From an uncultured Maribacter sp. (GTDB lineage: Bacteria; Bacteroidota; Bacteroidia; Flavobacteriales; Flavobacteriaceae): DNA of 64,000 nucleotides. Shown in pieces: positions 28,530 through 37,825 of this stretch (position 1 is its first letter; every line of letters begins with the position of its first letter). A model generated the notes under the pieces. It made no database searches. It had not been told where the DNA came from and saw only the letters and a list, made by a program, of their open reading frames with translations. The translations under genes were made by a program, and so were the position numbers. The DNA lies in assembly GCA_947498505.1 (NCBI GenBank), contig CANMKG010000012.1:18924-82923 (forward strand). The letters run 5' to 3'.

Positions 28530-29705
28530 ATGAAAACAATGAAAACGCTATACGTACTGGCTATAGTACTTTGTGTGAATGTTAGTTCTGGTCAAGAAAA
28601 TTTACAATTAACTTCAAGAGATAGTTTAGTGGAAAGTTCATGGATTTTTGGACTTGGCTATAATTTTGTAGATGATTCTGGTGATGTGTTTGATAATCTT
28701 TTTGATTTTGAAAATCAATGGAATGCTGTTGCTTTTCCATCAAGAATTAGTATCGGAAGATACTTTAAAAGTGGTTTGGGTATTGAAGCTATTGGTACTT
28801 ATAACAAGTATAAAGTTGGTAAAATTATTGATAAATCCGTCAACTTAACAGAATCAGACTATTTTGGTGTAGATGCAAGATTATCTTATGATTTAAATAA
28901 GCTTATTGGGCAAACAGCATGGTTTGATCCTTATGTTGGTGTTGGTGTGGGTTATACAGAAGCTAGTAATCAAGGAAGAGGTACCTATAATGCTGTAGTT
29001 GGTTTTAGAACTTGGATTAATGATAATTGGGGGTTAGATTTTAGTTCCTCAGGAAAATGGAGAATTGGTGATAAAGGCACAAATCACATCCAACATGCAG
29101 CAGGTGTTGTTTATCAGTTTGGGATTGAAAAAGGTCTGTCTAAAAAAGGAAAAGAAAAATTAGCTCTTATAGAAGCTATAGAAAAAGAACAGCAACGAAA
29201 AGCAGATTCAATTGCTGATGTTAATAGAGCAAGAGAGGCACAAGAATTGGCAGATAGATTGGCCAAGGAAAAAGAAGCAGCTAAATTAGCTGCTATTGAA
29301 AAAGCAAAGCAAGATGCTATAAATAAGAAGAAACTAGCCATTGAAAATAAAATTAAGGAATATGGACTGGTTTATTTTAAGCTAAACTCTTCGTATTTAT
29401 CCGAGTCTTCAAAAAAAGCTTTAGACGCTGTAGCTAAACTTTTAACAGAAGAACCTAATATTGAGATTAAAATTACAGCTCATACCGACTCAAGAGGTGG
29501 AGCTAAATATAATAAATGGTTATCCGAGAAAAGGGGAGGACGAACAAAAGACTATTTACTTAAAAAAGGTATAGAGGCTTCTAGAATTGTTATTGAAGCT
29601 TATGGAGAGGAAAAATTACTAAATGAGTGTGACGATAATACCTATTGTCCAGAAGATAAGCATAGACTTAATAGAAGATCTGATATGAATGTTATTAAGT
29701 TTTAA
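28530..29705 (+). CDS. OmpA-family outer-membrane protein (N-terminal beta-barrel, central coiled coil, C-terminal OmpA/peptidoglycan-binding domain)
   Basis: It has a signal peptide and a Gly/aromatic-rich barrel segment. The central part is a K/E/A-rich coiled coil (KEKEAAKLAAIEKAKQDAINKKK). The C-terminal OmpA motifs are ITAHTDSRGG..YN..LSEKR and NRR. Confidence 0.8.
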   Translation: MKTMKTLYVLAIVLCVNVSSGQENLQLTSRDSLVESSWIFGLGYNFVDDSGDVFDNLFDFENQWNAVAFPSRISIGRYFKSGLGIEAIGTYNKYKVGKIIDKSVNLTESDYFGVDARLSYDLNKLIGQTAWFDPYVGVGVGYTEASNQGRGTYNAVVGFRTWINDNWGLDFSSSGKWRIGDKGTNHIQHAAGVVYQFGIEKGLSKKGKEKLALIEAIEKEQQRKADSIADVNRAREAQELADRLAKEKEAAKLAAIEKAKQDAINKKKLAIENKIKEYGLVYFKLNSSYLSESSKKALDAVAKLLTEEPNIEIKITAHTDSRGGAKYNKWLSEKRGGRTKDYLLKKGIEASRIVIEAYGEEKLLNECDDNTYCPEDKHRLNRRSDMNVIKF

Positions 29706-29730
29706 GATTGTATTTTAGATAGAATAAAAG

Positions 29731-29762
29731 AGCTAAAGGTTTATTTTCTTTAGCTTTTTTTT
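29731..29762. terminator. Rho-independent terminator between the convergent ompA-family gene and the last gene of the polysaccharide locus
   Basis: AGCTAAAG (29731-29738) pairs with CTTTAGCT (29748-29755), followed by T7. AAAAG lies upstream. Confidence 0.65.
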
Positions 29763-29780
29763 GTTTAATTCTTTAATAGG

Positions 29781-31016
29781 CTAAACTTCGGTTATGCATA
29801 CCTCTTTAATGTTTTTTACGCTTTTAATTAAATATTTGTTTTTGCTTATTACGTATAATTCCGTTTCCGACAACTTTTCTTGATTTAGATATAAGAAATC
29901 AAAAAGGACAATTTTTAAGAAACTATATTTTTTTTTGTTATAATCTAAGTGAGTTAGTTCATTTGTTTCATAAACCGTGGAAGGATTGCTAAATTCATGT
30001 TTTATAGATAGTTTTTTTTCCCTTCTTCTGTTTTTAAATTTAAAAGTGATTCTATGCAGTTTTTGGTTTATTTTTTTAGTTCTTAAAAATTGCTTGAAGT
30101 CGAAATAAATTTTAAGATAAATGGCAATTGCACTAGATATTATTGAAGCGCTATTATAATAAATTTGATATTCATAATTATATTGTAGGTCACTCCATCT
30201 TACTTTATAGTCAAAATAACCTTTGGAAAAATCAAGAATTTTATACTCGTTTTGAATTCCCCATTCAATAAGCTTCATTATGGTTACTGAGCCTAAGTGA
30301 AATTTAGCATAATCAATATCGAAAACGGTAATAGCATCAAAAATTATTGACTCTGAAAAATAGATAAGTGTAATTCCAACGGGAATGTTGTTGGAGTAGA
30401 TTACAAATAAAGCGGCTTTTTTTTCAAGTATTAGGGGAAAGGTTACTTCATTGTAAAAGTTCCATTCTTCAAGATTTAAATTGTTATTTATAGTTTGTTT
30501 GTCTTGAAAACGCTTTTGTAATAAATCTTTAAAGCAGGAGAAAATATAGTTATAATCTTTTTTAGAAATTTCACCAAAAAAAAACTTGTAATCAATATCA
30601 AAACATAGCTCCAATCTTTTTTTATACTTGTTTAGTTTATATCGACTACTTTTTCTAAAGGTTTTTATTAAATAATCATTTAAGTTTTCATAATTATATA
30701 GATGAATTAAAAAACCAGGATATTGTTTACTAGTAAATAGTTTTAAAACTCCTTGAGTTTTTATATTAAAATGTTGCGGGACATCATATATTAGATAAAC
30801 GTTTTTTTTGTGAGAGATGAATTGTGTGTTACTTAATGAGTAGTATATACCCTTGGTATGAGTTTTGCCAACGTTACTATATAAAGGTATTTTTTTTAAT
30901 TTTACAAAGGATATTCCTTTAAACTCAGGAAACGTTATTACAGTATTGTTTGAGGCAAAGTGCTTAACCCAAACGTTTGAAAAAATGCTAGACGAGAATG
31001 GATTTTTAATTCTCAT
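29781..31016 (-). CDS. GNAT-superfamily protein of the Acetyltransf_6 / BioF2-like / CelD(BcsL)-like type
   Basis: 411 aa. It has the central pattern FRKSSRYKLNKYKKRLE and a C-terminal ILDFSKGYFDYKVRW, which resembles the family motif DF.RG...YK.RW. It overlaps the upstream gene by 11 nt. Confidence 0.6.
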   Translation of the reverse strand: MRIKNPFSSSIFSNVWVKHFASNNTVITFPEFKGISFVKLKKIPLYSNVGKTHTKGIYYSLSNTQFISHKKNVYLIYDVPQHFNIKTQGVLKLFTSKQYPGFLIHLYNYENLNDYLIKTFRKSSRYKLNKYKKRLELCFDIDYKFFFGEISKKDYNYIFSCFKDLLQKRFQDKQTINNNLNLEEWNFYNEVTFPLILEKKAALFVIYSNNIPVGITLIYFSESIIFDAITVFDIDYAKFHLGSVTIMKLIEWGIQNEYKILDFSKGYFDYKVRWSDLQYNYEYQIYYNSASIISSAIAIYLKIYFDFKQFLRTKKINQKLHRITFKFKNRRREKKLSIKHEFSNPSTVYETNELTHLDYNKKKYSFLKIVLFDFLYLNQEKLSETELYVISKNKYLIKSVKNIKEVCITEV

Positions 31017-32070
31017 TTTCTTTATGTAGCATTAAATTACACCTATAACATGGAAAGAAATCTGTACAATTGTTAAAGTTTAATTTGCAAGATTTTGTTT
31101 GCATTTGGAATACTAAGTTTTTGTATAGATTTTGGTCGATTGTGTATTTCCATAATTTAAACGTCTTGTAGTCTTTAGAAAAACCAGATTTAAATTTTAG
31201 AAGAGAATCTTCTTTATTGCCTACACCGCCTCCTAGATTAAAAAAAATAAAATTTTCAGAGCTTGCCTGCAACCTCATTTCATCGATTAATAGTTTAATG
31301 GCATTATATTCCAAATAATTTTCCTTTGAGCCTGATAGATGATACTGAATAATTTTATTTTTTTTAATGAACATTGCTCCAGCAATGATTTCGTTAGATA
31401 ATTTATCAATAGCAACCAATAACTCTGTTTGAAAAGCGTTACTATCAAAAAATGAAAAAAAGTATTCTTTTGGAAAAAAGTAATTGGAAGTGGCGTTTAC
31501 TCTTTTCATGTTAGCGTGATATATCTTTACAAATTCAGTAATATCATCTTTGGAGTTTACTTTTTTTATGTAACACAGTTTTCTAGATTTATTTATATAG
31601 GTCTTATATCTTTTACTATAATCTTTCTTTTGGTTTTCGAGGTTTTTTGTTAGATCAATGTTTACAATTTTACCTGAATTGTAAATGAATCCAATGTTTT
31701 TTAAAACTGTTTCTTGATTTGAAACGAATGGATTAAGTCTGGAGAAAACAGTAATTATGTTTTGTTCAAGTAATACTTTGTTCAGCTCATTTTTGAAATT
31801 GATATTATCAAAATCAGAATCAATGTTGATGGTAAGAGGTCCTGAATACCCATAAACCGAGGTAGCATCAAAGTAATTGGTGTTCCCGATTTTTCGAAGC
31901 AATAGTGGAAGTCCAATTACTTTGTTATCCTCCTTATATTGTATTAAAATAGGAGTTTCATTTAGGGACTTTGATAGCAGGTGATAATCGAAGGTGTGAT
32001 AAAAATCCGCGTTTTCACATTGATTTATTAGATTACACCATGCTTTCTTTTTAGTAATAATAGTTGTCAT
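31006..32070 (-). CDS. FemAB-like (aminoacyl-tRNA-dependent transferase fold) / Acetyltransf_6 family protein
   Basis: 354 aa. The strings DFYHTFDYH, YGYSGP, YSKRYKTYINKSRK, YHLSGS and NLGGGVG..EDSLLKFKSGFS fit the FemA/FemX-type layout. Confidence 0.6.
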   Translation of the reverse strand: MTTIITKKKAWCNLINQCENADFYHTFDYHLLSKSLNETPILIQYKEDNKVIGLPLLLRKIGNTNYFDATSVYGYSGPLTINIDSDFDNINFKNELNKVLLEQNIITVFSRLNPFVSNQETVLKNIGFIYNSGKIVNIDLTKNLENQKKDYSKRYKTYINKSRKLCYIKKVNSKDDITEFVKIYHANMKRVNATSNYFFPKEYFFSFFDSNAFQTELLVAIDKLSNEIIAGAMFIKKNKIIQYHLSGSKENYLEYNAIKLLIDEMRLQASSENFIFFNLGGGVGNKEDSLLKFKSGFSKDYKTFKLWKYTIDQNLYKNLVFQMQTKSCKLNFNNCTDFFPCYRCNLMLHKENEN

Positions 32071-32112
32071 TCCAAAGAAGTACTACTAATTATTACTACA
32101 AAACTATACTAC

Positions 32113-32769
32113 CTAAACAATTTTTACTTCATTATATGATGAAATAAACTTTTGAGGCATATATTTTTCCTCGTTGAATAAGTGAGAATTACTATGAATA
32201 TTAAGACCATTGTCCAACAAAGCTATAGTATTCCACCCTAATTTGTTTGGTGCTATAAAATCTTTTTTAAGATTATCTGCTATATAGTAATAATTACAAT
32301 CTTTAAACTTTTTTTCAATTGCCAAGTAATTTTCTTGACATGGTTTTTCAGTGCCAATTTCTTCAGAAATTACGACTTCATTTATGACATTTGACAGGTT
32401 CAATGAAGTAATTTTGTTTAATTGAGTGGTTTTTCTACCATCAGTTATTATGCAAACTTTACCTTTTTTAGCTTTAATTTGTTCAATTATGGTAAGTACG
32501 TTGTCAAATAATGAAATATTTGGCTTATGGTTTCTGTATAAGTCTATTAAATCTTTTACACTTATTTCATATGTTTTGGATAGAAATTCGAAAACGTTTT
32601 CATTTGAGCGGTATAACGAAAAAATTCTTGCATACAAAGGCATCCAATAATTACCCTCAAGCTTCATGGCAATTTCTTTATAAGCAGACTTTAAGTACTC
32701 TATTTCGTTGTATAACGTATCGTCTAAATCAAAAACAATAACTGTAGAACTATTAATCTTGATATCCAT
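32113..32769 (-). CDS. HAD-superfamily hydrolase (probable phosphatase)
   Basis: 218 aa with HAD motif I (VIVFDLDDTLY), motif II-like ITDG and motif IV-like YIADN.KKDF. It overlaps the ATP-grasp gene by 17 nt. Confidence 0.75.
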   Translation of the reverse strand: MDIKINSSTVIVFDLDDTLYNEIEYLKSAYKEIAMKLEGNYWMPLYARIFSLYRSNENVFEFLSKTYEISVKDLIDLYRNHKPNISLFDNVLTIIEQIKAKKGKVCIITDGRKTTQLNKITSLNLSNVINEVVISEEIGTEKPCQENYLAIEKKFKDCNYYYIADNLKKDFIAPNKLGWNTIALLDNGLNIHSNSHLFNEEKYMPQKFISSYNEVKIV

Positions 32770-33721
32770 GAACTAGTATTTCGTCATCATATCTAATCAT
32801 TAACAAATTATCTTCCCAGCAATCAAATTGCTCCTCAATTTTTTGGTCCAACAAATACTCGGCAATAATCCATTTTGGAAAATTTGCTCCTGCTAAATAG
32901 GAGAGCGGGTAGCCTCCTCCAAATCTGGGATTAATCTCAATTGCATAAACACTATCTTTAGTTTTATGCTTGAAAAACTGAGCGGTAATACATCCAACGG
33001 CTCCATCTATGTAATTCAATTTTTCCTTTATATAACCTACCAATTCATTATGTCTGGTAAGCGCTTTGTATACCTCTCCATCTCTAACTTCAACTCGCTT
33101 TCTTGGGACTGCGCATTTTAACAAATGATTTTTATCGTAATATAAATCGCATGTAAACTCGTCATGAAGCTGATGGTCTATATATTCTAGAAACATAAGT
33201 TTGTTGTTACTAAAATGGTAATCAGTTAAATCATCTTTTGTTTTAATTAAATAAGTGTCTACACTTCTACTACCATCTATAGGTTTTATAAATAGAGGTA
33301 GTTTGTAGTCATCCTTTTTGTACTCTTTGGCTATATTAACACCTTTGTCATCAAAAAAATCGTGTATCTGTCTTTTGTCCCGACATTTTTGGACAAAACC
33401 TTCAGAGGCAATAATAGGCTTTATGCCTTTACTTAGAAGCAGTTGTTTATTTTTTGATAATAAAAGGAGTTCAGTATCTATTGTAGGAATAATTAATTTA
33501 ATGTTAAACTCTTCACATTTTTTTATTAAAAATGGAAGGTAATCATTGCTATCTAATCTAGGGACTTTAAAATTTTCATCAGCTATTTGGCAAGCAGCGG
33601 ATAAAATGGGATTAGCATCTGCGGCATAAACTTTAGCTTCTGGATTAATTTTTTTTAACTCCTTTTGAAAAGCTCTTACCAGGGACACTCTTCTACCTGC
33701 AGATGATATTAAAATATTCAT
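32753..33721 (-). CDS. ATP-grasp domain ligase (carbamoyl-phosphate-synthase-L-like / PylC-like amide ligase)
   Basis: 322 aa. It starts MNILISSAGRRVSLVRAF (pre-ATP-grasp). It also has FIKPIDGSRS and a C-terminal EINPRFGGGYPLS Mg-ATP motif. Its start overlaps the GT2 stop by 4 nt. Confidence 0.75.
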   Translation of the reverse strand: MNILISSAGRRVSLVRAFQKELKKINPEAKVYAADANPILSAACQIADENFKVPRLDSNDYLPFLIKKCEEFNIKLIIPTIDTELLLLSKNKQLLLSKGIKPIIASEGFVQKCRDKRQIHDFFDDKGVNIAKEYKKDDYKLPLFIKPIDGSRSVDTYLIKTKDDLTDYHFSNNKLMFLEYIDHQLHDEFTCDLYYDKNHLLKCAVPRKRVEVRDGEVYKALTRHNELVGYIKEKLNYIDGAVGCITAQFFKHKTKDSVYAIEINPRFGGGYPLSYLAGANFPKWIIAEYLLDQKIEEQFDCWEDNLLMIRYDDEILVHGYQD

Positions 33722-34737
33722 TTAACTAAATTATAAAACGTTCTAAAGACTTTAATAAATGGATTAATTAAAGGCTTTCTGTTAAAAATAAAAACCGATA
33801 TTGCATATAAAGGCCCGTGATAATCCTTACCTAAGAATTTGTTTAATGGATATGCATCAACTTTTTCAAAACCACTAAGCATCTCAGGGATTTTCTTTAT
33901 CGAAATGTCTGATTTCATTAACCGCACTAACAAAAAAAACACAAACGACTGTTGTCTAGTTTTTAACCTTTTAATACACTTGTGAGCATTTCCATGGTTT
34001 TTTGGTATACTGTCAATCAATCCATGAAAAACATGAGCCGCATTTGCGTTGTCAAATATAACCTTTTTATAATGTTCAGGACTTTTATTTCTCATTGCAG
34101 AGGTAGGAAGAATTCTATATCTATGAGCATCCAAATTTATATGAGCCATTTTTTTTGCAACACAAAACAATTCGGTAGTTAAAATAGCATCTTCCATCCA
34201 TTTTCCTTCAATAAAACGAATTCCTGTTGATAACATGAATTCTCTATTGATGATGTACCACCAAATCTCATTATGATATTTTTTGTTGGAAATGTAGGTA
34301 ATACCATCTTCTATATTAATCTCTTGTGAAAATTTTTCTAAATTGGATGAATCATTGTTATCATCATCATAGACCTCGACACTATTAAAAGAAAGGATAT
34401 TTAATTTGTTGTTATTAGCAAGATTGTAAATAATAGTCAAAACATCTTTGGCAAGATAATCATCTGGATCAAGAAAATATAAATACTTTCCAACCGCTAC
34501 ATCAAGACCAGAGTTTCTGGCCGCACCAACTCCTGCATTTTTTTTATCTATAACTTTTATATTACTGTTTTTATTAGCATATGCATTAGCTATAGCTAAG
34601 GTGCCATCCTTTGACTCGTCATTAACTATAATAATTTCAAACTCTTCTTTAGGAAAATCCTGTACGAGCAAACTATCCAAACATTTTGGAAGGTATTTCT
34701 CCATGTTGTAACATGGAATAATAAAACTTAACTTCAT
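33718..34737 (-). CDS. Glycosyltransferase family 2
   Basis: 339 aa with SFIIPCYNMEKYL, VNDESKDGT and the DxD motif FLDPDD. Confidence 0.85.
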   Translation of the reverse strand: MKLSFIIPCYNMEKYLPKCLDSLLVQDFPKEEFEIIIVNDESKDGTLAIANAYANKNSNIKVIDKKNAGVGAARNSGLDVAVGKYLYFLDPDDYLAKDVLTIIYNLANNNKLNILSFNSVEVYDDDNNDSSNLEKFSQEINIEDGITYISNKKYHNEIWWYIINREFMLSTGIRFIEGKWMEDAILTTELFCVAKKMAHINLDAHRYRILPTSAMRNKSPEHYKKVIFDNANAAHVFHGLIDSIPKNHGNAHKCIKRLKTRQQSFVFFLLVRLMKSDISIKKIPEMLSGFEKVDAYPLNKFLGKDYHGPLYAISVFIFNRKPLINPFIKVFRTFYNLVK

Positions 34738-34745
34738 AATTTGTT

Positions 34746-35348
34746 TTAATTACCTGTGAAAAATTCCATTGTTGCGCTAGTATCGGAGGAAATACCATCT
34801 CTTTTAATCACCTTTAAAAAGGTTAACCATAATATTTTAATATCTATCAATAATGAGCAGTTTTTTACATACCACACATCTAATTCAAATTTTTTTTTCC
34901 ATGAAATAGTGTTTCTACCATTTACCTGAGCCCACCCAGTAATTCCGGGTCTTACATTATGTCTTTGTTTTTGCTCTTCGTCGTATAATGGTAAATAGGA
35001 AACCAATAAAGGGCGGGGGCCAATCATGGACATATCACCTTTTAGTACGTTAAGTAATTGCGGAATTTCATCTAGTGATGTCTTTCGAACGAATTGACCA
35101 ACTTTTGTAATTCTTTCTGCATCTGGTAAAAGATTCCCATTAATGTCCTTTTTATCATTCATAGACTTAAATTTCATTATTTTGAAAATCTTTTCATTTT
35201 TCCCAGGTCGTTGTTGAACAAAAAAGGCATCTCCTTTGTTGGCCAGAACAAGTAAAATATATACTACAATAAAAATAGGGCTCACCAGTATTAAAATGGA
35301 CACAGATAGTACTATGTCTAGGATTCTTTTTAAATAGTTTTTATACAT
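34746..35348 (-). CDS. Small monotopic polyprenyl-phosphate sugar-phosphate transferase (bacterial sugar transferase, PglC/WcfS-like initiating enzyme)
   Basis: 200 aa with a single N-terminal re-entrant helix. The motifs are SLDEIPQLLNVLKGDMSMIGPRP and PGITGWAQVNGR. Confidence 0.88.
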   Translation of the reverse strand: MYKNYLKRILDIVLSVSILILVSPIFIVVYILLVLANKGDAFFVQQRPGKNEKIFKIMKFKSMNDKKDINGNLLPDAERITKVGQFVRKTSLDEIPQLLNVLKGDMSMIGPRPLLVSYLPLYDEEQKQRHNVRPGITGWAQVNGRNTISWKKKFELDVWYVKNCSLLIDIKILWLTFLKVIKRDGISSDTSATMEFFTGN

Positions 35349-35462
35349 TTTTTATATAGTCTACCAGAAACTATCACAAATTATTACTAAAATTTTAATT
35401 GTGTTTATATCCTAGATAAAATGCAATATTAACTGGTTAAGTTTAATGTTTGAGAGTATGTT

Positions 35463-36656
35463 TTAATTTATATGTTTGATTATTGTTAGATACGCATCTT
35501 TCGAGGATAAATTATTCCTCATATATTCATATCCATTTTCACCCATTTGTTTTCTCAATCGTGGATTATTATAGAGCTCTAAGAGTTGCTTTTTTAACGC
35601 TATCGTATCTCCTGCTTGAGCCCATAACCCAACATTTAACTTTTCCAAAATATCGCCAAAGTCTGTGTTTTTATCTAAAGAAGCTAAAATTGGTTTTTTT
35701 GTATTGTAATAAGATAAAGCTTTGGAAGGGATGTTTGGAATTGTGAATTTTTCACTTAAAGAAATTAATCCAACATCTGCCACCTGAAGTATTTTGAAAT
35801 AGTCATTATGAGATAGACCATCACGTAGTTGAATGTTAGACAAATTTTTCTCTTGAAGTAAATTTTCTAAATTCCCCCTTTCATTACCATTTCCATAAAT
35901 TAGAAATAATATATTAGGAATATCAGTACATGCCTCAGCTAAGTTTACAATATTTTCCATTTTTTGAGGTAGACCTATATTTCCTCCAAAAACAAGTATA
36001 AATTTATCTTCCCACCCTTCTTTTTGTCTTAAATTTTGGACAATAGTTTGATTGTCTAAGGGTAAAATACTTCCCCAGTTTGGTAAAATATGCAGTTTTT
36101 CGAAATCTATATAGGGGTTGTGCGTTTTAACATAAGAGATATTTCCGTCAGACATACATCCTATACTATCCGCCTTTTGATAAAGTTGTTTTTCTTTTTT
36201 CCTAAAATAGGCGTGAAAGGGACCTTTTGGTTTCATGATACCCAGGTCAACAGCGTTTTGTGGAAAAATGTCTCTTAAAATAAGGTATACCTTTCCTTTT
36301 GATTTCTTTTTTAACCAAGAAACCACCTTATAAAGTGTTATAGGAGGAGTGGGAGTTATTATTAAATCAAAGTTTAAATCAATTTTAGCATCAATTAAAG
36401 CTTTTTTATATTGATTTGGTAACATAAGGTTGGCCATTCCTTTTTGGATAAAGCCAACCTTAAAAAGTTTTAATGTTTTTACTCTTAGAACCTTAACACC
36501 GTCCTCAATTTGCAACCCCGTAATATTAGGGTCATATGCGGGTGCTACAGCTAAAATATCATGACCATTTCTATGAAATTCAGAAACAAGTTCTGTATAA
36601 AGATATTTGCTTTTACTCATGTTTGGAAAAGCAAGCCCTAAAAAAATTACTCTCAT
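35463..36656 (-). CDS. Glycosyltransferase family 4, WbuB-like by position (candidate L-FucNAc transferase)
   Basis: 397 aa GT-B protein lying immediately downstream of the fnlA/B/C block. This is the classic position of wbuB/wbjE-type transferases. Confidence 0.7.
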   Translation of the reverse strand: MRVIFLGLAFPNMSKSKYLYTELVSEFHRNGHDILAVAPAYDPNITGLQIEDGVKVLRVKTLKLFKVGFIQKGMANLMLPNQYKKALIDAKIDLNFDLIITPTPPITLYKVVSWLKKKSKGKVYLILRDIFPQNAVDLGIMKPKGPFHAYFRKKEKQLYQKADSIGCMSDGNISYVKTHNPYIDFEKLHILPNWGSILPLDNQTIVQNLRQKEGWEDKFILVFGGNIGLPQKMENIVNLAEACTDIPNILFLIYGNGNERGNLENLLQEKNLSNIQLRDGLSHNDYFKILQVADVGLISLSEKFTIPNIPSKALSYYNTKKPILASLDKNTDFGDILEKLNVGLWAQAGDTIALKKQLLELYNNPRLRKQMGENGYEYMRNNLSSKDAYLTIIKHIN

Positions 36657-36660
36657 GACT

Positions 36661-37797
36661 TTAGTGTTTAGACCAAGCTACACGATTAATATAGTCTACA
36701 TAAGAAATTATTATACGAACCACTTTTTCACTTACATTAGGCATTGAATAATCCGCTACGGGCCTAAAATTTCTTTCCGGATTTCTTTTCTGAACATCTA
36801 GAGCAGCCAAAGCCTGCATAATTCGTTCAGGATTCATACCCACCATCATTACAGATGCTTCCTCCATTGCCTCAGGGCGTTCATGAGCTTCTCTAATGTT
36901 TAGTGCTCTAAAATTTAAGATAGAAGATTCCTCTGAAATAGTTCCACTATCAGATAGAACAGCAAACGAATGATACTGCAATGCGTTATAATCAGAAAAG
37001 CCTAGAGGTTTTAAAAGTTGAATATTCTTGTGCGTTTTAACATTTGTAGCATTTAGCATGTTACGAGTTCTAGGATGAGTAGAAACAATTACTGGATAAT
37101 CGTACTTCTCTGCAATTTGATTTAATGAAGTAATTAATCCCTCAAAATTTTTAGGGTTACTTATGTTTTCTTCTCTATGTGATGACACCACAAAGAATTT
37201 TTCTTTTTCTAATCCTAGCTTTTCTAAAACATCAGAAGCTTCGATTTTAGCTTTAAATTGATTTAAAACTTCATACATAGGACTTCCCGTTTTAATGACT
37301 CTATCTGCAGGTAATCCTTCTCTTAAAAGATATTCTCTGGCAATATCACTGTAGGTAAGATTAACATCTGCAACATGGTCAACTATTTTCCTGTTGGTTT
37401 CTTCAGGTACTCGCTGATCAAAGCAACGATTACCTGCTTCCATATGAAAAACAGGTATTTTCCGTTTTTTTGCAGGTATAGCACATAAACATGAATTTGT
37501 GTCGCCTAAAACCAAAAAAGCATCTGGCTGAATTTTTTCTAAAAGAGGGTCTATTTTAATTAAAATATTACCAACTGTTTCTGTTGCGTTTTTTCCTGCA
37601 GCGTTTAAGAAGTGATCTGGCTTTCTTATTCCTAAATCCTCAAAAAAGATTTCATTTAATTCATAGTCATAATTTTGGCCAGTATGAACTAAAGTATGAT
37701 CAATGGCCTCATTTGCGTCCAAAGCATTTAAAACGCAAGCAAGTCGAATTATTTCTGGTCTGGTACCAACAACGGTAAAAACTTTTAATTTTTTCAA
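36661..37797 (-). CDS. fnlC: UDP-N-acetylglucosamine 2-epimerase (non-hydrolysing), FnlC/CapG/WbjD type
   Basis: 378 aa with VVGTRPEIIRL, HMEAGNRCFD and SDSGTISEE. It is the third gene of an fnlA-fnlB-fnlC arrangement. Confidence 0.85.
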   Translation of the reverse strand: MKKLKVFTVVGTRPEIIRLACVLNALDANEAIDHTLVHTGQNYDYELNEIFFEDLGIRKPDHFLNAAGKNATETVGNILIKIDPLLEKIQPDAFLVLGDTNSCLCAIPAKKRKIPVFHMEAGNRCFDQRVPEETNRKIVDHVADVNLTYSDIAREYLLREGLPADRVIKTGSPMYEVLNQFKAKIEASDVLEKLGLEKEKFFVVSSHREENISNPKNFEGLITSLNQIAEKYDYPVIVSTHPRTRNMLNATNVKTHKNIQLLKPLGFSDYNALQYHSFAVLSDSGTISEESSILNFRALNIREAHERPEAMEEASVMMVGMNPERIMQALAALDVQKRNPERNFRPVADYSMPNVSEKVVRIIISYVDYINRVAWSKH

Positions 37798-37825
37798 AAT
37801 ATTTATTTTGGTGTTTTGTGTTTAG

